A stretch of DNA of 49,394 nucleotides from a virus (lineage: Duplodnaviria; Caudoviricetes), in the IMG/VR virus record IMGVR_UViG_3300016476_001020, positions 1-49,394 of that record; one strand, 5' to 3'. Each line of letters starts with the position of its first letter. The stretch's first letter is position 1. The notes below the pieces were generated by a model, which saw only the letters and a program-made list of their open reading frames with translations, was not told the DNA's origin and searched no databases. Both the position numbers and the translations under genes were made by a program. Below, one piece after another: positions 1 to 10,647 of this stretch.

Positions 1-341
1 TTATCGCCAGGATTATTAGTAAATACTGCAAGAGCAGAGTACCCTAACGAAGTGAGCCTAGCAGCATCAAACAAACCTTCTACTAAGAACAAGGTATTTG
101 ACAGATTCCAGCTCTCAACACCCCAATAAGTAGGTTCAGGATTATTAGGCTTACGAGTAAAATACTTTCCTTCACGAGGATCATTATTAACGTCTTTACT
201 ACCTTCAGGGCGATACTGCTGATAGCCTAATAGCTGCCCTCGTAGATTGTAAAGAGGGAATGTAGCTACATAATTTTCTTCACATAACCACACTTGATGT
301 AGAGAAAAATCTACATATCTAGACTGTAGGTGTGAGTACAA
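1..341 (-). CDS. TOPRIM-domain primase-like protein (runs off window)
   Basis: Manual translation from TTG at 341: ...FPLYNLRGQLLGYQQYRP...GKYFT...LFLVEGLFDAARL; VEGxFDA TOPRIM motif. Confidence 0.65.
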   Translation of the reverse strand, partial: MYSHLQSRYVDFSLHQVWLCEENYVATFPLYNLRGQLLGYQQYRPEGSKDVNNDPREGKYFTRKPNNPEPTYWGVESWNLSNTLFLVEGLFDAARLTSLGYSALAVFTNNPGD

Positions 342-342
342 T

Positions 343-663
343 CTACCATTGCGGTCCAGTCGTTGATTCTGTACGGTCATAGCGCTGGTTCCATTCACAG
401 CCGTAGGCAGGACAAATCCAAATATACTCAGGAAGTAGGTTGTTGTCCTTGCTGCCGCCTTCACCAGAGATGAAATAATCTCCTGTTATTTCTGGTTTTG
501 AGTGCTTAAAACGAGTTCGTTCACGTTCATAAATATCCAACCCCCGTTCTAGCTTTTTAATATACTCAGCCGCCTCCCGGATAGCTGCTGTTTCTACCCA
601 AGCATTGTCACTTTCATGTTCGTGTTTATCTGCAATTGTATGCAACAACGCTGCGTAGTCCAT
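343..663 (-). CDS. hypothetical protein
   Basis: 106-aa ORF in tightly packed minus-strand operon. Confidence 0.6.
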   Translation of the reverse strand: MDYAALLHTIADKHEHESDNAWVETAAIREAAEYIKKLERGLDIYERERTRFKHSKPEITGDYFISGEGGSKDNNLLPEYIWICPAYGCEWNQRYDRTESTTGPQW

Positions 664-1709
664 TAATATACCTCGGCTTGAATCTCTCTACGGAAACCGT
701 CCATAGCACTAAGCACATCAGAAACAGCAATTACTGCTTCCTCATACGTTTTTGATTTTCCGATGATTTCATTAATATACTCATCGGACCAACATTCAAC
801 TAGAATGTCCCAGCCATCTTCCGTATAATGCACAGTAGCGTGTTGACGCAGACGTTCCGCCCAAGTTTTCATTACCACATTCCTACATCAGTGATTTCAA
901 TAGTGCCAAGCAGTTCTTGTTTAGTAATCGGGAATAGCTTACAATAGTAATAATCCGCAAATTCAGAAGGACCAATGCCAGACCCATTTGCTTCTTCTCG
1001 AATAGTCACATATGTGGTATTCGGATACTCCTGAAGGCCGGTATGAAGTTGCTTAATTTGTTCTGCTGATAGCATCATTTTATTTTTCCTTTTTCATAAC
1101 TCATTATAACAAAGAAAAAAGCGGCTATGCAAGCCGCTTTAGAGTTTTTTTGGTGTTAGGTCGAAGCCTAACTTCATTTTAGGTCGTCTAATGGCATATG
1201 GCTGCCCATCCGGCCCAAGTAACTTTGTAAGCTGTACTTCGTCACTTTCGTGTACTATGGAAGTTTTGGCGTCGTTGCCGCTGTAGAACAGCCATGCATC
1301 TTCAGATAGAGTTTGCATTATTTAGTAACTCGTTAAGCTCTGTTTTAACAGCCAGTTTTTCTTTTTTCTTGAGCTGCAATAGAGCTTTGTGTTCAGATGA
1401 GCGATTAGTAGAACGCTCATTTTCTAACTGTGCAACCACTGCTTCTAGTTCTTTATGCTTTTTCTGTAACCATTCGGCTCTAGTCATTATTACTTGAATC
1501 CTGTTCTGTAATAAAAATCTTTAGGGTACGCCCCTCGTCTTGTAGCTGTAATTGTAGATTATTGACTGCCCAATTGCTATAAGATCTACCATCTTTATCT
1601 ATAACCTCTACTCTAGTTACAGAGTCAAAATCTAAAGATTTAGTCTTAAACCAGTCGTCTTCTAATGGAAAACGACCTTCTGGAAGAACCCATTTTGCCA
1701 TGTAACCTC

Positions 1710-2000
1710 TTATTTTCTAGTAGTAATAAAGTCGTAAATCTTATTTGCGTGCTCTAAGATTTGTTCAAAAGTATAAGGCTTAAGAGCTTCTACATATGCT
1801 TCGCTAGTTTTTTGACCTAGCTCAGTCATTTTAGCAACATACTCTAAATTGGCTTTATGTTGTTTTTCAATGTAGTCTTTTGCAATAGCTACAACTTCTG
1901 CTCTGATTTCGTATCCGTTCTTATTCACTTTTTTACCTTCTGTGTCTGGTTGATTATAATAAGGAATGTGGCTCATTTTTGCTCCATTTTCGGAAACCAA
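1710..2000 (-). CDS. hypothetical protein, similar to 46626..46880
   Basis: YEIRAEVVAIAKD...ANKIYDFI resembles FEIRLDVLKMAQE...SAALYSFI. Confidence 0.6.
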   Translation of the reverse strand: MVSENGAKMSHIPYYNQPDTEGKKVNKNGYEIRAEVVAIAKDYIEKQHKANLEYVAKMTELGQKTSEAYVEALKPYTFEQILEHANKIYDFITTRK

Positions 2001-2214
2001 AAAGAAGTTTGGCTATTGATTGCGTGTCGGAGCACGTCTTGCGTGTTATTAATTAACATTTTTGCAAAGACTGTTTGTGCATCAATATATCTATGAGCAG
2101 CCTTATTTAGCTCTGGGTCAGAAATTACTTTATCAGTAATTTTCTTTTTTGTTTGTTGAAATGTCTCAACATAAATTTCTAATGAATACATGTGTGTCTC
2201 TCTATTCTACTAAC

Positions 2215-2712
2215 TTAAAACTCGTTAGTTGTTTTTGGTATGCCGGCTGCGGTCATTTTTGGTAAAGGCTTAGTCTTTCCGGCATAAGTACTAGGCCATC
2301 TAGCTGCTATCATTCTTTTTTTATCAATACGAACAATGCTAACAGTGTTTCCTTGATTTCCGCCGAGTACGTACCAATCTGTTGCATCTTCGCCAACTAG
2401 AAAGCCTACATGACCTCCGCCATCGCGTACGAATACTCCAATCGCGCCATAACAAGGCTGCACTGCTTTACCAAATACAGCCCAGTTTCTTGCCCAGTAA
2501 GGATTTTCACCTACAGCGTCTGTAAATGGTTCTTTAGGTAGTGTTTTCTTTATACAAGTTTCCACATAGTCACCACACCAAGGTAATGCTTTTGGATCAC
2601 CCAACGTTTTACCGTCAGATTTTAGCCAAGCGCGCAGAGCGGCATTATCTCTTGTTTCGTGTAAACCGAATACTCGTTTTCCTTCAACTATCCAAGGTAA
2701 CTCATTTGTCAT
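2215..2712 (-). CDS. TIGR02594-like NlpC/P60-CHAP peptidoglycan hydrolase (candidate endolysin)
   Basis: PWC, GHVGF and LGGNQ motifs. Confidence 0.8.
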   Translation of the reverse strand: MTNELPWIVEGKRVFGLHETRDNAALRAWLKSDGKTLGDPKALPWCGDYVETCIKKTLPKEPFTDAVGENPYWARNWAVFGKAVQPCYGAIGVFVRDGGGHVGFLVGEDATDWYVLGGNQGNTVSIVRIDKKRMIAARWPSTYAGKTKPLPKMTAAGIPKTTNEF

Positions 2713-2973
2713 TTAATCTCCTTAGTCAAGTAGTTTGTAACTTTCTACTTCTACTTGCAAGACTTTATACTCGTCTCCGAGTAAGCTACTAGCATCTATA
2801 GTAGCTTTAGATTTTCCGTTTATAGTCTCAACATCTTTTAAAAGAGGGAACGTAGAGTCGGATATGCGTATCTTATCATACATTCCTCTTAGTATGCGAA
2901 TGCGTTTAGGCATATGCGTATCTCCTTATATTAATATTAACAATAACAAAAGCTATTGTCAAATAAAAATTGA

Positions 2974-3591
2974 CTACCAGCTTGCGCTGGTAGTCTTATT
3001 AGACATACGTACAACCCAATCACTTACATCAACTACATCAGACATATCACCTTCGCACCAAGGGTCGGTTACTACTAAGACCCCATCTCGAAACATAAAA
3101 TTTCCAGTATGCATGTCAAGTCTGTTTGTAGCATCGTCGTGGTCTTCCTCATAGGTTAGCACGCCAGTACGCTCTCTAATCTTATCAAGAAGATTAGCTA
3201 GAGTTTCAGCGCATGGAATGGCCCGTTGATACCTGGCAGCGAAGTCAATAAACTCTTTACGAGTAATCATGCGGATAGTATAGTCTCTACACAGATCTGC
3301 AATATCAAACTTATTAACACCATAAGACTCTTCTTCAAGACGCTCCATGATGCAAATATAGTAATTGTGATCTTCGTCGCACATAAAGTGTTTTACTTTA
3401 GGCACGTGAGGGTTCGACTGATTTTGGTTAATAATTAAGTGGTAATAGTCAATCCACGGATCATTAATAGAATTACCAATTTTAATAATTTGATTAGGAT
3501 CGTTAGACCCAATAGCTGCTGAATAGCAACCGGAACCAAGTAACACATTACCACGTTTAGTAAGAGATTTGATTAGGTTGAAGGCAGTCAT
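2974..3591 (-). CDS. Ser/Thr protein kinase, T7 gp0.7 kinase-domain-like
   Basis: LGSGCYS glycine loop, IIKIG, DMHTGNFM catalytic loop, VTDP. Confidence 0.75.
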   Translation of the reverse strand: MTAFNLIKSLTKRGNVLLGSGCYSAAIGSNDPNQIIKIGNSINDPWIDYYHLIINQNQSNPHVPKVKHFMCDEDHNYYICIMERLEEESYGVNKFDIADLCRDYTIRMITRKEFIDFAARYQRAIPCAETLANLLDKIRERTGVLTYEEDHDDATNRLDMHTGNFMFRDGVLVVTDPWCEGDMSDVVDVSDWVVRMSNKTTSASW

Positions 3592-3736
3592 TGAGAATCT
3601 CCCTAGCTATATATACATATTACTAAGAAGAAACGCAATAAGCAACTAAGATTTGACATACAGTAGTTGCAAAAAAGAAAAAAGAGCGAAAGAGAATACT
3701 CTATCGCCCTAGTACAGTTTGATTGTAGCGTTGTTG

Positions 3737-4054
3737 TTAGTTAGCTACTAGTCCTAGTAGGCGAGACAGCGCAATTTTGGTAGCGCCTTCAAAACCAGTG
3801 GTATCAAAACCCTTGGCTTCGATTTCGCGTAGCAGCTCTTTTTTAGACGGACCTTCCGATTTATTGGAAGCGCCTTTAGGTGTAGCTACGTATACACCTT
3901 CTCGTACAAGTTTGCTGCGAACACTACGTACAGTTTTACCTAGTTCCTCAGCAATTTTCTCAATACCGTCATTGCCAAGCTCTTCATACATGGCAACCAT
4001 ACGTTCTAGCATTTCAGCGGAGTAGTTTGCATTCTTGTCAGTTACTTCAGCCAT
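3737..4054 (-). CDS. T5 A2-like DNA-binding protein
   Basis: NYS..EKIAEELGKTVRSVRSKLVREGVY HTH-like pattern recalled from the T5 A2 family. Confidence 0.5.
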   Translation of the reverse strand: MAEVTDKNANYSAEMLERMVAMYEELGNDGIEKIAEELGKTVRSVRSKLVREGVYVATPKGASNKSEGPSKKELLREIEAKGFDTTGFEGATKIALSRLLGLVAN

Positions 4055-5153
4055 AATTTTCCTCTGTTAGCTCTGAAATAAGAGTTATGCTTAGAGGGAT
4101 AACTCATTCCTCGTTCAGTGTTATTAGAATAGCAGAAGGTAAGCAGCTGTGCAAGAAGAATCTTACTACAGCTAGTAGCGTTTGCTCCTACTAAACGAAG
4201 TATCGTTTACTTCCTAAAAGTGTATTTTAGTTGAATCCATTTAGATATATCTTTCGATACATCATCACACGGATCGTCATACTTATTTAGCACAACCGTC
4301 TCCTTAAGCACAGATACTTAGTATATGCTTAAGGAGCGTTTTTTACCAACTTTAATAACTAAGAACAAGCACACTTACTGCAACGAGATGCTATGAGTTG
4401 TTCTTGTAAGGAGTTATTGTCAACCTGTAACTGTTCGATAACCTTTTTTAGGTACTCTATTTCTCCAGTTTTTACAGCTAATAAATCTTTAACTGCTGTT
4501 TCTGAAAAATATCCTGGGTTCATGTCAACTCCTTAAAAGTCTATCTGAGCGAGTCCTGAACCTGTATTAGATAGTAAATTTACGCCCAGATGACGGTTTT
4601 GCTTGGATGCATCCTCGTAAGGACATCCAGCTATATTGCAAGGCCATATTGCTGGTTTATTGTCTGTACTACTCCAGAGATTAATCGTACAAACAGAACA
4701 CTTGCCTGTACATTCTCCAAAATTCTTCTTAGCCATTAGTAACCCTTAATGAAGCGTTCTTTGTTTATTTTCAATAAATCTATTAGAAGTAGAGAATATT
4801 TTAGCTATAACTTCTTCATAAGCTTGTGGTGTTAGTTGTTTAGCATAGACGCTAAATGCAGTAACCATTAAAGACGCTGCAATCGCTAACGGATCATATC
4901 CGTGGTCTAACAAACCGTTATAGGTTTCTGCAATTACAGTTTGGATATCAACTACTTCGCTCATGTGTTATTTATAGGCAAAATACGCCCACTACTCCAG
5001 TTATGAAATAAAATTTCAACAGCGTTATAAGCACTGTCATAATTCTTATGAAACGCTATGGACTAGCTGTCGAACAACTGCTCGTGCCGTGTTCCATAGC
5101 GTTTATAAATCTGTATACGCTTATAATAGCAAACTATTAAGCGTAGTGCAAGC

Positions 5154-5771
5154 TCATTTTTCTTGCAAAAATAGTAGAAGCTCACGTAGTTGTGCTTCGG
5201 TACTAATATGAAACACGCTACCGCGAGTGTTAACTGCTTGTGCTAGTGAATAGTTGACGCTACCTACTAAACCAATAGGAGTAATAAACCGAATATAGTA
5301 GTTGCTGCTAATTAGTGCAGGAATTACCCTGCGAGCATCACTATCGTCTGTAATACAAAAACCGCCTGTACAAGATGTAGCTTTAAACTCGCTAAATAGC
5401 TCATTAAACTCTCGCACTCGTGAAGCAGAAGTATAAGGATCAGCTTTTACATGAACTTTATGTAGATACAGTGCTGAAGCTAGCTGTGTAGATTCAATCC
5501 ATTTACGAACTTCATGAGTTGGTTGGATAATATTTTTATAGCGTAGTTTGTTGCTAACATATACTTCATTAGCGTCAGAAGCAAATACATATCTAGCGTG
5601 CGTTACCCAGTCTGGTGGTAGTGCAGAGGCAGAGCGTGAGGTTAAGATAGCAGTAGGAACTTCACAAACAAAATCAGTGAAGAAGTTGGTAAACTCTTCA
5701 CTGAAAGATGTTGCGACGTCAATATCTACTAAGTAAAGCTTATCGGCCATGTACAACTGCATCCGCTCCAA
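5154..5771 (-). CDS. degenerate HAD (phosphomannomutase-like) fold protein
   Basis: LYLVDID N-terminal motif; other catalytic motifs eroded. Confidence 0.35.
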   Translation of the reverse strand: MERMQLYMADKLYLVDIDVATSFSEEFTNFFTDFVCEVPTAILTSRSASALPPDWVTHARYVFASDANEVYVSNKLRYKNIIQPTHEVRKWIESTQLASALYLHKVHVKADPYTSASRVREFNELFSEFKATSCTGGFCITDDSDARRVIPALISSNYYIRFITPIGLVGSVNYSLAQAVNTRGSVFHISTEAQLRELLLFLQEK

Positions 5772-6207
5772 AACTTGCAGCCCAACTTTCTGGTTTTAGC
5801 TTAGGTTCAATACCAGTCATGCCAAGAACAAAACCCGCAGCTTCATTAGCAGCACAGTTACTTCCGTGTTTTGGGTCTGTGTTGATATCAAGGTGAATTT
5901 CAATATCAAACTCGTCGATGAATGGTGCTAGTTGAGTATATAGTTGACATACTTTTTGTACTTCATTCATCATTCGAACCTTTGGACGATTCTTTTTAAG
6001 ATCGTAGTCCGGTTCAACTGAGATGTTGTTAAAAATACGGCAACCGTTCTTACCATTCATGTGAATGATGGCAACTGTTGCATATCTAGCGTACCAACGC
6101 CCGTTGCGGTTGAAACGAACGCTATCACACCCTAGATACACTTTAGTGTCTGGGCTTAGCGTTAGTAGTAGTTCAACCATATCTTCAATTTGTTTTTGTG
6201 TAAACAT
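5740..6207 (-). CDS. RNase H-like YkuK/DUF458 protein
   Basis: VYLGCDS, RMMNEV, EIHLDIN, SWAASFGAD. Confidence 0.8.
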   Translation of the reverse strand: MFTQKQIEDMVELLLTLSPDTKVYLGCDSVRFNRNGRWYARYATVAIIHMNGKNGCRIFNNISVEPDYDLKKNRPKVRMMNEVQKVCQLYTQLAPFIDEFDIEIHLDINTDPKHGSNCAANEAAGFVLGMTGIEPKLKPESWAASFGADAVVHGR

Positions 6208-6719
6208 TATACAAATCCATTATTCCAATCTATACACCTATAATCATACAGGTTGTATAGTCTTCCGTCAAGCGTTGTTTTAAATAATTCATCTTCTAAA
6301 GATTGTTCAATACTATTTTTACATGCTTCAACTGTGTCAAACATATTAGCGTATGTAACAGTGTAACAGCCTGAGTGTGTATCTATAGTACATATTAGCA
6401 CGATTGCGGTTATCATCGTAGCTCCTTGTGTCAGCTAGGGCCGACAATAATCTCTGCTTTGTAAGTAAATGACTTTATATCTGAGTCAAGATATTGAATA
6501 ACTTTACTAGGCAGGTATTCCGAATATAACTCTACAAAAGATTGTTTTGAGTGTTCTCTGATTCCTAAAAATAGCCAAGGACCAAACTCTTCTCTAAGTA
6601 GGTCTAATAGCTCAGCGCGACGAGTACCTGTATCGTTAGTAATGTATATAAATAATACGTTACCAGGACTATTATCATACTGAGAAGTAAAAAATCTCAT
6701 AGCAACTCATTTCAAATAA

Positions 6720-6745
6720 TAAAAAAGGCGCTTAAGCGCCTTTTT
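6720..6745. terminator. bidirectional intrinsic terminator
   Basis: AAAAAAGGCGC-TTAA-GCGCCTTTTT. Confidence 0.7.
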
Positions 6746-6974
6746 GTCTAATAACTCTTTTAGATTCTTCTATATCTTTTTTAGCCTCGGGCAGCGCCCA
6801 AAAAGCAAGCGGAGACATAGATAGTAGCATAGCAATAGCAAGCATTATTTATCCTTAGTAATATCAATTACGTTATCAGCGCTCACTCGTTTAAGTCCGC
6901 GGATTAGGACGTATAGTACAATGCCCAATCCAATACCTGCTAAAATATAAAACATTAGTTATCATCCTATAAAA

Positions 6975-7083
6975 CTGGTTGGCAATTTGTGTGACTTATC
7001 CATTAGTCAAATTTTCCAATTGGCGGAAAATGTTGGATTCGAACCAACAATGAAACAAAGTTTCGGTTTGCTGAAACCAACCA
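6975..7083 (-). ncRNA. Y-RNA-like element E1 (YrlA topology)
   Basis: TGGTTGG-T-TTCAGCA ... T-arm GTTGG-TTCGAAT-CCAAC, acceptor ATTTTCC-GCCA-att-GGAAAAT, D-arm TGAC..GTCA ... CCAACCAG. Confidence 0.8.
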
Positions 7084-7095
7084 ATATATTGTTTA

Positions 7096-7208
7096 CTGGC
7101 TCTGTATGAAACGGCGCCCTACCACTAGGCTAATAGCTGTAACAGCTATAGAGGGATCGAACCTCTGCTTCCGGCTTGATGAGCGATATAAAATGCTGCA
7201 AAGAGCCA
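7096..7208 (-). ncRNA. Y-RNA-like element E2 (permuted tRNA-Met-like module)
   Basis: TGGCTCT-T-TGCAGCA ... T-arm AGAGG-TTCGATC-CCTCT, closed acceptor ATAGCTG-tta-CAGCTAT, D-arm GCCTAGTGGTAGGGC ... AGAGCCAG. Confidence 0.8.
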
Positions 7209-7224
7209 AAGGGGTAGCTACGCC

Positions 7225-8637
7225 TTAGTAGGCGTAGCGATCTTTTTCAAGAGCTTTTAGCATGACGTTATAAGGAGTGTAATCCTCTAGGTCATTAGCT
7301 AGTACAGCCTTCATGATAGAAGGCGAGAAGCCAGAGACTTGGCAAACACCACGACTATCAAAAGAGACAGGAGTGTTACCAGTATCACTACGTAGGTTCC
7401 AGAATACGATTCGTGGAACTGCATAGCCTGCTTCTTCGTACTTACGAGCAATCATCTTGACTGCAGAATCATCGTAACGAGTGCAACGATCAAACTGCAT
7501 ATCAGACAGAATTAGCAGAACTTCTGGCATATCTTCCGCACGGACACGGCTGCGTTGTGCTACAGACAGAATCTCATCGAAAGCACGATGTAGGTCTGTG
7601 TTCATCTCCCAGTCAGAATTAGACATTTTATAAATGCGCTGTGACAGAGAGCCTGAAACTGTAACAAATTCAGGACGGTTGCTAAAAGTAAGGAAAAGAT
7701 CCTTAAAAGCACCAGTATTCTTGCTTGAAGTATACAGACCAAGAGCAACTGCAACTTCAATAGGCTGAACCCCTTTTGTCTGGATGTATGAGAAGCTGCC
7801 CATAGAACCCGATACGTCTACCATTGGTAGAATTTTTGCATCGCCTACATAGTTAGGAAGGGCATTCCACTGTTCATCTGCAACAGAGGCGTTACCTGTA
7901 TAAACAGACTTAACAACGTCGTGAGGGTAAACCGCACCTGCGTTGATCTTAACTTCTGGGTTACGTTCAGCCTGTGGCTTTTTTAGCTCTGCAATATATG
8001 CAGAATACGCTTCAGATGCATTACGACCAAAGGCTTTTTGATAACGCGCAGAAGCGACAGAAGGAACATGTGAGAAGTTAATCTCATCCCACTGCTTAGC
8101 ACACATCTTGTTTTCAACTACGTTGGTTAGACCAACAAGTAGCTTACGATACTGCTTTGGTGTAAGTTTAAAATGACGAGTAAGCTCTACTGCAAGTGGG
8201 CCTTTACGAGGCATCCATTTTGCAGCAAGACCGTCACCCGCGTCTAGCGCAGCCTTAATCATATCAAAAGCGGCACGACGATTGGCCCAATCAGTATAGG
8301 CAAAAAGGTCGTCCCAGCGGCCAAGGAATGGCACCTTATGCATAATCCGAGCAGCTAGTGCTGGGTTCTTGTTATCTAGCTTAGCTAGAATATTACGAAA
8401 TTGAGCACGCTCACCAGCACCCTCGCGAACATCACGAGACCAAAGAAGGGCGCGTACTGCCAGATTCTCATTCTCAGCTAGTGCTGAGAAGAAAGAAGCT
8501 GAAGCATCTTTACCGCGAGCACTACCTACTTCACTGAAGAAATCAAGTACTGCTGAACCAGTAGAAGCGTTAGCACGCATACCATTTTCAGTACGAGCGC
8601 TTGGTACATTGTTGCGAACTGCGTTTGCGAATGACAT
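7225..8637 (-). CDS. DUF2828 family TROVE/Ro60-like helical + vWA protein
   Basis: RTENG..LDFF, RDVREGAGER, GRWDDL, AKWMPR, VPSVA, AGAVYPH, MIDAS DVSGSM, LSDMQFD, VFWNL. Confidence 0.85.
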   Translation of the reverse strand: MSFANAVRNNVPSARTENGMRANASTGSAVLDFFSEVGSARGKDASASFFSALAENENLAVRALLWSRDVREGAGERAQFRNILAKLDNKNPALAARIMHKVPFLGRWDDLFAYTDWANRRAAFDMIKAALDAGDGLAAKWMPRKGPLAVELTRHFKLTPKQYRKLLVGLTNVVENKMCAKQWDEINFSHVPSVASARYQKAFGRNASEAYSAYIAELKKPQAERNPEVKINAGAVYPHDVVKSVYTGNASVADEQWNALPNYVGDAKILPMVDVSGSMGSFSYIQTKGVQPIEVAVALGLYTSSKNTGAFKDLFLTFSNRPEFVTVSGSLSQRIYKMSNSDWEMNTDLHRAFDEILSVAQRSRVRAEDMPEVLLILSDMQFDRCTRYDDSAVKMIARKYEEAGYAVPRIVFWNLRSDTGNTPVSFDSRGVCQVSGFSPSIMKAVLANDLEDYTPYNVMLKALEKDRYAY

Positions 8638-8650
8638 TTTAGTTATTTTC

Positions 8651-8744
8651 CTGGATGAGTTGTTGTACGGATTCGAACCGTTAAGTTTGTTTCATAGACA
8701 AATTGGGAACCATTCCCGTTTTATTAAGCTGCTGAAAGCATCCA
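8651..8744 (-). ncRNA. Y-RNA-like element E3 (D, anticodon ATG and T arms inside the stem)
   Basis: TGGATG-CT-TTCAGCA ... GGGAATGGTTCCC, TTTGT-CTATGAA-ACAAA, ACGG-TTCGAAT-CCGT ... CATCCAG; 3' end overlaps the AGGA SD of DUF2828. Confidence 0.75.
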
Positions 8745-8756
8745 ATAATAAGTGTT

Positions 8757-8853
8757 CAGGATTAGGATTTTGTTGCCGAATCGAACGGCTCAGTTTGATT
8801 AATAGTCAAATGCTCTACCATTGAGCTTACAAATTTTTTGCGGAACTAATCCT
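8757..8853 (-). ncRNA. Y-RNA-like element E4 (tRNA-Asn-like cloverleaf, anticodon ATT, inside the stem)
   Basis: AGGATTAG-TTCCGCA ... GCTCAATGGTAGAGC, TTTGA-CTATTAA-TCAAA, GCCG-TTCGATT-CGGC ... CTAATCCTG. Confidence 0.75.
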
Positions 8854-8862
8854 ATAATAAAG

Positions 8863-9018
8863 TTAAGTTGAACCGAGGTATTTTGGTATCTCAATGTAGG
8901 CGCCTACAAGAAGATTTCAGGCTCCTGCCACTCTGCGGCCACAAAGTTGTTCTTATTGAATGACTCAATAAGTCGTGCTATTCCCTACGCCTAATAAACG
9001 CTTAACGACTCAACTTAA
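8863..9018 (-). ncRNA. stem-closed structured RNA (~155 nt)
   Basis: 13-bp terminal stem TTAAGTTGAGTCG/CGGTTCAACTTAA plus internal hairpins. Confidence 0.45.
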
Positions 9019-9020
9019 AA

Positions 9021-9620
9021 TGCAAACAGGCTCTAAATAATTTGGCCTGCATTGTCTGAGACGTAAAGCAGCGTGAACGTCCTGTTTGCAGTTTAAATTG
9101 AGTGCTGAGGTTATCCTACTCAGCACGGGGTCGCTCCTTGTCCCCGAGGACAGTACTATGAACACTGAAGAACGCTTGGCAACGTAAGCTATCATCAGAC
9201 TAGTACGAGTTCTAGTTGCCACCTAGAGCGGTTAAAGTTAGATAAGTAGTAGCGGTGCCTCATCTGCGCTATACTACACGTCCCGTTAGTAAGGCTAGTC
9301 GATAATTATCTAACAAACCGGTTACTAATCCGGCGACACTTTTTCGTAGTGTCAGATTCTGAACTGAACGGCGATACAATGGACTATTTTTAGGTATCCA
9401 CCCTACCTATACCCAGGGTTATTACTATCGCGGTAATCCTGGTAGCGCGCAGGAGTTCATCCCTATCTGCTCGAAAATAATTAACACAAGGTTCTAGACT
9501 CTTGCGAGTATAATAGAACGCCGTTAATTAGACGGCTGCTAACTATAAGACAACTATAACGTGTTGCCGTATACGTGTAGACTCTACAAACGATTCCCAA
9601 TGTCTAGAAGCAAGGGGACA
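9021..9620 (-). ncRNA. candidate large structured ncRNA(s)
   Basis: No credible ORF; dense nested hairpins, GNRA-type loops. Confidence 0.4.
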
Positions 9621-9621
9621 A

Positions 9622-9693
9622 GTCTCCGGGATGGACTGCAACCACCCTTTCACTGGTTAAGAGCCAGCGTCTTAGCGTCATAGATGACGGAGA
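9622..9693 (-). tRNA. degenerate tRNA-Lys(CTT)-like, no CCA
   Basis: TCTCCG/CGGAGA acceptor, GCTGG-CTCTTAA-CCAGT, atypical T-loop TTGCAGT. Confidence 0.5.
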
Positions 9694-10165
9694 AATAATA
9701 TTGCTTTGTTTACTATAAACAAAGAAACACGCCTGACCATATCATTATTAATCGCACTCAGGTGATTCGTCAGTAGAGCAGTCCAGCAGTCCTGTTACTG
9801 GTTTGTGGCTACGAGTTTATTACATCCGGTTCGTTACGTGGATTTTTATTAGTAATAAGTAGGACGTTTTCCCCTCACGGCACACCGCCTATTATCTATA
9901 CAAATATAGATAATCACGTCCTAAAAGCTGATGGCTACTAACTCTCCGCAGAGAAGTTTTCACAAAAACTGGTCCTCGTAGACTTCTGGTGGGACTCACA
10001 CCGCGTTTTTGACCGATTCTACTTCTAGTCGCTTCCTTTTCACTTACTTTGGTAACGACATAGCCACGCGCTTTTGACGGCGGGTAAGAGGCTAAAATAT
10101 TAATGCTAGCAGTAGTTAACTAGCCTTAGATTATTGTGGCATCTACTACTAGGGGTCTTTAATAT

Positions 10166-10216
10166 CAGGATGAACTTGTTGCATTATCCGAGCAAGTTTG
10201 TAGCTGAACTCATCCT
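10166..10216 (-). ncRNA. Y-RNA-like element E5 (minimal)
   Basis: AGGATGAG-TTCAGCT ... TTCATCCTG; own promoter immediately upstream. Confidence 0.65.
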
Positions 10217-10223
10217 ATAATTC

Positions 10224-10252
10224 ATTATATAGTATTTTTTAGCAGCGTGCAA
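10224..10252 (-). promoter_or_regulatory. sigma70-type promoter for E5
   Basis: TTGCAC-N17-TATAAT; the same TTGC/TTGA-N17-TANNNT pattern recurs across the window. Confidence 0.7.
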
Positions 10253-10265
10253 TAGTAGAGTGAAA

Positions 10266-10333
10266 CTGGATGATACTGAAGCTTTCTAAAATTTATTGGT
10301 TAGAAATTTTCATTAGTTTGCGGAAATCATCCA
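10266..10333 (-). ncRNA. Y-RNA-like element E6 (minimal)
   Basis: TGGATGAT-TTCCGCA ... ATCATCCAG; promoter TTGCCT-N17-TATACT at 10344-10372. Confidence 0.65.
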
Positions 10334-10572
10334 TTACTAATCAAGTATACACTATACTTAAGCACTAGGCAAGAACAATATCACTGTCTTACTACCTGCC
10401 CGCGGGCTAGAATTCTGACAGTGAAGCGACCTACTGACGATCTTAATTGACAAAAGCAGTTATCTGCTAGTAGGTTCCAGGTTTGTCGCTTACTACTACG
10501 AACCTTTCTTCGTATATTTATAATATAACTGATTCGCAACTATCAAGCAAGCTTAAAGTGACATTAGATGCT

Positions 10573-10647
10573 TGGTACTGAGTAGAGGATTCGAACCTCA
10601 TCTGCCGCAGTCACAATGCGGAGTGCAACCATTACACTTTACTCAGC
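10573..10647 (-). tRNA. tRNA-His(GTG)
   Basis: CCGCA-TTGTGAC-TGCGG, cloverleaf, CCA. Confidence 0.9.

Noticed and set aside
9185-9790. Hammerhead cores (CTGATGA near 9195, CTGACGA near 9770)
   Set aside because: No GAAA after a stem II.
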